Shown here in pieces: positions 18,926 to 24,000 of a stretch of DNA of 24,000 bases. The position numbers and the translations under genes are program-made. How positions within the stretch are numbered: position 1 is the first letter of the stretch; every line of letters begins with the position of its first letter. The stretch covers positions 65,662 through 89,661 of the forward strand of contig CAVTJE010000023.1 in the NCBI GenBank assembly GCA_963734775.1, given 5' to 3'. The notes below the pieces were generated by a model, which saw nothing but the letters and a program-made list of their open reading frames with translations, was not told where the DNA came from and ran no database searches. This stretch comes from an uncultured Solirubrobacterales bacterium. Lineage in GTDB: Bacteria > Actinomycetota > Thermoleophilia > Solirubrobacterales > Solirubrobacteraceae.

Positions 18926-20194
18926 CTAATCGTTCTCATTCTCGCAGTGCACAGCGAGGCCCTTGATCGAGCCAAAATACACACTGTCGAAGAATTCGGA
19001 GAGGCGGTTCTCTGCGGTTCCCCAGTTCGCGCCTACCGCCCAGATCTCGGATGATTTAGAGGCCACGGCGTAGAGCGCCATTCCACCCCGTTTCGGGCTG
19101 GCCTGGGCCTTCCAGGCCTTGCCGCCGTTCCATTGCCAGATCGTGGCAGCCTTGATGGGATAGCCCACCGCCCAGGCATCGGTGGAGGAGGTGGCGGCCA
19201 CGCCGAAGAGCTGGTTGTCCGTGGGCTCCCCGTTTGGGCTGCGCTGGATCTTCCAGGACCTGCCGTTCCAGCGCTCGATCAGGGTCTGGGTCTCGAACTC
19301 GCCGTCGCCGCTGAGTTGAAAGTAGCCGTAGCCGACCGCCCAGGCGTTGGTGGAGGACGTTGCGGCCACGCCCATCAGTGGGATCTCACCGTCACTCGTC
19401 TGGAATCTATCCCCGAATACGCCCCTCGGGTTCGGGCTGGCCTGGATCTTCCAGGACCTGCCGTTCCAACGCTCGATCAGGGTCCGGGGCAGCCCGCTGG
19501 CGGTGTAGTAGTCGCCCACCGCCCAGGCGTTGGTCGAGGAGGTGGCGGCCACCCCGGAGAGGGTGGCATATCGCAGTTTCGGTCTGGCCTGGATCTTCCA
19601 AGACCTGCCGTTCCAATGCTCGATCACGCCGCCGTGGCCGTCCCTGCCCACAGCCCAAGCGTTGGTCGGGGAGGTGGCGGCCACCCCCGTGAAAAAGGGC
19701 CTGATGTACTTCGTTCTAGCCAGTTTCGGGCTTCTCTGGATCTTCCACGCCTTGCCGTTCCAATGCTCGATCAGGCCGCCGTGGCTGTCATGGCCCACGG
19801 CCCAAGCGTTCGTCGAGGAGGTGGCGGCCACCGCGTAGAGTCCCCCAGCCAGTTTCGGGCTGGCCTGGATCTTCCAGGACCTGCCGTTCCAACGCTCGAT
19901 CAGGGTCCCGGTCTGATCGAAGGTCTGGGTCTGACCGCTGGCGGTGTTGTAGTAGCCCACAGCCCAGGCGTTGCGGGAAGAGATCACGGACACCCCACGG
20001 AGCACGTTCCAGTGCCCCACATTTGCGGTCTGCACCCTCTGACAAGTTGCGGCAGAAGCCCGCGCGGCGCCCGACGCAATCGGGCCGGCAGCCTCCACGC
20101 CAAACGCGCTCGCCACCCAAAACACCATCGCCGCCGCAACGAAGACACAAACCGCCACCCGCGTCCAGCCGTGTCCCAGCCACGCCCGCACCAT
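18926..20194 (-). CDS. Secreted/membrane-anchored 7-repeat beta-propeller-like protein
   Basis: Start at ATG 20194 gives the N-terminal hydrophobic segment RVAVCVFVAAAMVFWVASAFG. Seven units follow of (L/F)xGVAATSSTNAWAVG...TLIERWNGRSWKIQxSP. No family name is assigned. Confidence 0.8.
   Translation of the reverse strand: MVRAWLGHGWTRVAVCVFVAAAMVFWVASAFGVEAAGPIASGAARASAATCQRVQTANVGHWNVLRGVSVISSRNAWAVGYYNTASGQTQTFDQTGTLIERWNGRSWKIQASPKLAGGLYAVAATSSTNAWAVGHDSHGGLIEHWNGKAWKIQRSPKLARTKYIRPFFTGVAATSPTNAWAVGRDGHGGVIEHWNGRSWKIQARPKLRYATLSGVAATSSTNAWAVGDYYTASGLPRTLIERWNGRSWKIQASPNPRGVFGDRFQTSDGEIPLMGVAATSSTNAWAVGYGYFQLSGDGEFETQTLIERWNGRSWKIQRSPNGEPTDNQLFGVAATSSTDAWAVGYPIKAATIWQWNGGKAWKAQASPKRGGMALYAVASKSSEIWAVGANWGTAENRLSEFFDSVYFGSIKGLAVHCENEND
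19098..19908 (-). repeat. Intragenic blade repeats, partly identical at DNA level
   Basis: A 55-nt stretch (ttcgggctggcctggatcttccaggacctgccgttccaacgctcgatcagggtcc) is identical at 19431-19485 and 19854-19908. Its last 43 nt recur with one mismatch at 19244-19286. More diverged copies lie near 19590 and 19736. Confidence 0.85.
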
Positions 20195-20496
20195 CTCCGA
20201 CCATCCTTTTCGGTCCCGGCAATCCTTCGCGGTGGTGATACTCCCACCACCCGAAGCCTTAGTCAACACAACGACGCGAACCTGCCTTACGCGCGTCCGG
20301 CTCGCATCGGGTGAACCCCTACATCTAGCCAGCCGAGTGAGCTCCAATCCATCAACGAGCGTTGCTCCACTGTCGAGATGATCGAAAACCAGCGGTCTGA
20401 GGCGCGGCCAACTCGGAGACGCTCCCAGCGCCGCTGCTTCTAGCCGAGGTTGTCGCGTAAAGGGGTTCCGTCCGCGGGGTTGGTGAGGCTTCCTGC

Positions 20497-21046
20497 ATGC
20501 CGCAGAATTTCATCGAGAGTTGTCGTGAGCAGGGGTTTTTGCTTCCGCCGGCCGTGCGGGAGTGCTTGCCGGGCGATCATTTGGTGTGGTTTGTGATCGA
20601 CGCGGTCGCTGAGATGGATGTGGACGTGTTCTATGCCGCTTATCGGGCTGGCGGTCATGGTCGCGCGGCGTATGAGCCGTCTGTGATGGCCTGAGCTCAA
20701 CCGGTCGTCGCAACACGGTTGGTCTGTGACTCTAAAGGAGGAAGTGACGTCTGGGTTCGCCTTTGGGGTGCGGCTGTCGTCGTGGAGGCGCGCCCGTAGG
20801 GCGGGCCGGAGCGGCGGCCGCTACGACTGGATGCGAAAGGTCCTAGCCACTGAGCGAGGCCGCCTGACCTACCGAAAACGCAAACAGACAGTCGAGCCCG
20901 TATTCGGCCACACCAAACACAACAGTGGCGTCACCCACTTCAACCGGCGAGACCGGGTCAAGGTGCACACCGAGTGGCGATTACTGATGATGACCCAGAA
21001 CCTCGGCAAGGTCTATCGCCACCAACTCGCGATCACAGGGGCCTGA
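20497..21046 (+). pseudogene. IS1182/IS5-like transposase remnant with internal deletion
   Basis: ORF 20497..20694 encodes a DUF772-type N-terminus (LLPPAVRECLPGDHLVWFVIDAVAEMDVDVFYAAYRAGGHGRAAYEP). ORF 20726..21046 encodes the C-terminal RKRKQTVEPVFGHTKHN...EWRLLMMTQNLGK. The central DDE region is missing. Confidence 0.75.
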
Positions 21047-21057
21047 AACAAGGCCCC
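21038..21057 (+). other. 7-bp hairpin overlapping the stop of the transposase remnant
   Basis: GGGGCCT-gaaaca-AGGCCCC with no T-tract. Could be an IS-end structure or a weak terminator. Confidence 0.3.
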
Positions 21058-21289
21058 ACACAGCCACACCACCGTCCCGGGCGGACACAGCCACACCGAC
21101 CCAGCCACCGGCATCGCCACCCCCGCCAGGGTCTGGACCTTTGCGCACCCTCAGCCCGAAGGAGCGGTCTCGCCAACGGGGCGTACGACTTCTGCTCCGA
21201 GGATTCGGTGCTTGGCGAGCCTCAGCGAGGCGGGATCCGTAACGCGGAGCTGCGTAGGATCTCACGGAGGCGTCTGTTTGAACGTTGGA

Positions 21290-21925
21290 ATGGTGATGGC
21301 GAAACGGGACGTGGAGATCATTGCTCGTGGCTATGACCAGGTAGCTGACGAGTACGAGGCGTTGGAGTCTGCTAATACGCCGTGGCCTCGTCTGGGGCGC
21401 GTGCGCGCGTTCGTGGCTGATCTCCCGCAAGGCTCGCGCATTCTGGACATCGGTTGTGGGAACGGCGTCCCGGCGACCCTTGAACTGGCGCTGAAGCACG
21501 AGGTCACGGGTGTTGATATCTCCGCCGAGCAGGTCGCCCGCGCAAGGTCGAACGTCCCCACAGGCACGTTCATCTGTGGCGACGCTCGTGACGTCGAGCT
21601 TCCCGTAGGAGCTTTCGACGCAATCGTCGCCCTATACCTGATTGACAACATCGCTCGCGAGGACCATCCCGCGTTTCTCTCGCGCCTCACACAGTTGCTC
21701 AGACCGAATGGGCGAGTGTTGCTGAGTGCGGAGCCCGGAGACGATCCGTGGCAGTCCTACACCTGGCTCGGCGTGCCGATGTTCATCAACACGGTTCCCA
21801 CCGACGAGTTGGTGCAGCGGCTCCAGGATGCTGGCTTGTCGGTCGTGAGTACCGAATTCGAATCTCAGCTGGAGGGCGGCCGTCCGATCGAATATGCCTG
21901 GATCGTCGCAGAGAATCCCGGCTAG
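21290..21925 (+). CDS. Class I SAM-dependent methyltransferase
   Basis: Motif I ILDIGCGNGVP, then VTGVDIS and FDAIVALYL, then LLRPNGRVLLS. Codon third positions are visibly less GC-rich than in the core genes. Start is ATG 21290 or 21296. Confidence 0.82.
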   Translation: MVMAKRDVEIIARGYDQVADEYEALESANTPWPRLGRVRAFVADLPQGSRILDIGCGNGVPATLELALKHEVTGVDISAEQVARARSNVPTGTFICGDARDVELPVGAFDAIVALYLIDNIAREDHPAFLSRLTQLLRPNGRVLLSAEPGDDPWQSYTWLGVPMFINTVPTDELVQRLQDAGLSVVSTEFESQLEGGRPIEYAWIVAENPG

Positions 21926-22038
21926 TCCCCAGCTCGTCGGGGCGCCGAGTCCGAGACGAATAATGCGTCGCGACACACCCGCCTCGCCCTGGAAAGCAGG
22001 AGTCTTCCTTGTGCGAACGAGACTGCTCAGTTGATCGG

Positions 22039-22111
22039 AAACCGGAAGTCTCGGACACGACCGGCTCGCGACGGATCGCTGCGCTGTCGCTTGTAGCTCC
22101 AAGAGCCCGAA
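22039..22111. repeat. Direct repeat copy 2 (73 nt)
   Basis: aaaccggaagtctcggacacgaccggctcgcgacggatcgctgcgctgtcgcttgtagc[tccaagagc]ccgaa; same orientation as copy 1. Confidence 0.85.
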
Positions 22112-22232
22112 GGAGCAGGGCGTGTCGACTCGCCGGTTGATGCCCGCCGTTCACTGTGAAGGGTGATGGGGGGCCCGCCCCGGTGGGGGCGGCGCGGAGA
22201 GTGCGCGCCGCCCGCCGATAACCGCGGTTTGC

Positions 22233-23633
22233 CTATGGCTTAGTAGCGCACAAGTACACGAAGGAGAACATGCCGCCTCCTGGGATCTCCGGACGGCCGC
22301 CGTCGGCGACACACGCTTGGTCGAGCTGGGTGGTGTTTGAGAGGATTGAGATAGGGACCCCGTCGCATTCCCACAGCGTGGGGACGCTACCGGATGTCCC
22401 GGTTCGGAACCTCGCCCCGTACGACGCGCAGATCGCCCGCGCCGGGTTTGCGCACTCGAAATCGAACGTGTCGACGGTGCCCGTCTGGCCAAACTGGTTG
22501 CCACCGTCGTGGACGCACGCTGCTTTGAGGCTGGCAACATCTGCGTCCTGAGAAGCGATTGGCAGTCCGCTGCATGTCCACAGCGTGGGGCTGGTCCCAG
22601 TTGCGAACGTCCCCCCGAACGACTCGCACAGCGCTTGCGACGCACGAATCGTGATCGACTGCTGCGCCGGAGGCGCTGACGCCCAGATGTCATCCCCGTC
22701 CTGGGTGGCATCGATGATGCAAACCCCCGCTGCGCTGAAGCTCACCACACCGCTGGACAGCGTGCAGCCGGTACTCGTCGCGTCGAGGGCGATCATGACC
22801 GTCAGCCCCGACGACGCGGTCGCGGTCGGGGTGTATCGACCCCCGACCCCCACCGGCGAAGGGTTGGTCGAGCTGAACGTGATCGTCTGCGACTTCTTGG
22901 CCACGTTGATTGTCTGCTGTGCCTGGGACGCTGGCGCCCACACCGCGTTCCCGGCCTGGTTGGCATCGATCACACACGTCCCCCCTGCGGTGAAGCTCAC
23001 GACACCGCCCGACAGCGAACACCCAGTGCTGGCCGCGTCGAGGGCGATTCTGACCGGCAGCCCCGACGACGCCGTCGCGGTCGGCGTGTAGGTATCCCCG
23101 ACGGTCGGCGAGGGGCTGGACGAGGTGAACTTGATCCTCTGGCCGACCTTCCCACCGTGCGCGCCGTAAGAGACACACGCGTCCTGGCTGGCGAACGGCG
23201 TGCCGTTAGCCCGGGACAGCGTCTTCCACCCGTTCATCTGGCACATGTGCGCGATCGTCGCATTGTTCGCCTGCGCAACCGCCGGAACTACCACGGCCAG
23301 CCCGAGCGAAACGCCGATCCCAAACCACCACCCGAAGTTGTTGTGGCCTGGGCGGCCGGCGATTGGGTCCGACGGATCAGAAGTAGGTGACGGCGAACGG
23401 GAGGAGCGGCCAAAGTCAATGCCGAGCGCGATGCAAGATGGCTCTATCTGATCCGACTTCGGCTCGGCCGCGTCAATGCATGACACCCCTTGCAACCCGG
23501 CGCTGTCGTACCAAACCCGGGGGATGGGTAAAAGCGACCAGGCCGTCCCGTTCCGGGGTCTCCGCCGGCGGCCGGCTGAGGCCGGTGTCCCCGATAGCAG
23601 TTCAGGCCGTCGCGGAGGTGCAGGAGACGCCAT
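22233..23633 (-). CDS. Secreted protein with two Ig-like repeats and two C-terminal 4-Cys repeats
   Basis: Hydrophobic segment FGWWFGIGVSLGLAVVVPAVAQA. Two units of about 85 aa (TF(T/S)S..PSP...YTPTATASSGL.V.IALDA.STGC.LS.GVVSF.A.G.C.IDA.Q.G). Two units of about 65 aa with TLW(T/E)C...ACV.DGG...C. The start is uncertain (ATG 23633 or GTG 23486). Confidence 0.72.
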   Translation of the reverse strand: MASPAPPRRPELLSGTPASAGRRRRPRNGTAWSLLPIPRVWYDSAGLQGVSCIDAAEPKSDQIEPSCIALGIDFGRSSRSPSPTSDPSDPIAGRPGHNNFGWWFGIGVSLGLAVVVPAVAQANNATIAHMCQMNGWKTLSRANGTPFASQDACVSYGAHGGKVGQRIKFTSSSPSPTVGDTYTPTATASSGLPVRIALDAASTGCSLSGGVVSFTAGGTCVIDANQAGNAVWAPASQAQQTINVAKKSQTITFSSTNPSPVGVGGRYTPTATASSGLTVMIALDATSTGCTLSSGVVSFSAAGVCIIDATQDGDDIWASAPPAQQSITIRASQALCESFGGTFATGTSPTLWTCSGLPIASQDADVASLKAACVHDGGNQFGQTGTVDTFDFECANPARAICASYGARFRTGTSGSVPTLWECDGVPISILSNTTQLDQACVADGGRPEIPGGGMFSFVYLCATKP

Positions 23634-23691
23634 TCAGTTCCCAGGAACAGACAGACCGCCAGAGTGCCGCAGTCTGGGATACTCCCCGGCC

Positions 23692-24000
23692 ATGAATCTC
23701 CGCAGGTGGGTTGGTGGCGGGTGGGCAGCGGTCCTCGTCGCCGTCGTGTCGGGCTTGTCCGCGGCACCAGCCGTCGGCCGGGTTCCCAACGCGTGCAAGA
23801 TCGTCGGTGCAAGCCGCACTTTCGCCCACATGCTGTTCGGGAAGGGCGCGACGTTCTTCGAAGAGATCGACGGCCCGTCCACCCCGCAGAACATCGGCTC
23901 AGACTGCTCGCTCAGGCCGGCGGCGCCCAAGCGGACAGCCGCCCGGACCCACGGGGGGCTCGACATCGAGCTGTATCCGGCTGCTGCGTTCGCGCAGCTC
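23692..24000 (+). CDS. Hypothetical secreted protein (partial; runs off the window end)
   Basis: It has no stop in the window, so it is absent from the ORF track. It starts at ATG 23692 and encodes MNLRRWVGGGWAAVLVAVVSGLSAAPAVG... (signal-peptide-like). GC3 is high over all 103 codons. Confidence 0.5.
   Translation, partial: MNLRRWVGGGWAAVLVAVVSGLSAAPAVGRVPNACKIVGASRTFAHMLFGKGATFFEEIDGPSTPQNIGSDCSLRPAAPKRTAARTHGGLDIELYPAAAFAQL

Noticed and set aside
19098-19908. Regularly spaced near-identical repeats that might suggest a CRISPR or non-coding tandem array.
   Set aside because: The repeats are in frame within one long ORF and encode the recurring WNGRSWKIQ/AWAVG blade motif. Spacing is variable (about 130-150 nt), and the sequence between them is also homologous.
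21058-21165. Short direct repeats: ACACAGCCACACC x2 (21058/21085), and a 13-mer AGCCCGAAGGAGC shared between ~21153 and ~22104.
   Set aside because: They are too short to separate from chance or local slippage without genome-wide counts. The second overlaps the extended end of repeat copy 2 but has no counterpart at copy 1.

Overview
High-GC, Actinomycetota-like chromosomal window. About 1-9.8 kb is an intact core block. All of it is on the minus strand except one ORF. It holds a GT2 glycosyltransferase and a sulfotransferase (stop/start overlap TGATG), tRNA-Ile(GAU), parB-parA-rsmG preceded by a small LAGLIDADG-like ORF, a WS/DGAT acyltransferase, a coiled-coil ORF on the plus strand, and zwf. 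From about 9.9 kb the window becomes accessory and decaying. In order it contains a Baeyer-Villiger-type monooxygenase with two +1 frameshifts; an IS110-family element whose recombinase has one frameshift; an unusual regulator (DUF6325-like N-terminus, Ala-rich spacer, LuxR HTH); and about 0.7 kb with no assignable coding. Next come a second, heavily frameshifted IS110 recombinase; a group II intron just upstream of it (RT/maturase broken three times, domain V intact); and a visibly lower-GC cassette. The cassette (7-blade propeller-like secreted protein, internally deleted IS1182-like transposase, SAM methyltransferase) is bracketed by a 63-73 nt direct repeat. The window ends with a secreted Ig-like/Cys-repeat protein and a partial secreted ORF. 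No CRISPR array, rRNA or recognisable defence operon was seen. The most unusual items are the bracketing repeat, the regulator architecture, the nested mobile elements, the LAGLIDADG ORF heading the rsmG-parAB operon, and the restriction of frameshifts to accessory genes. All family calls rest on motif recognition by eye; no searches were run.
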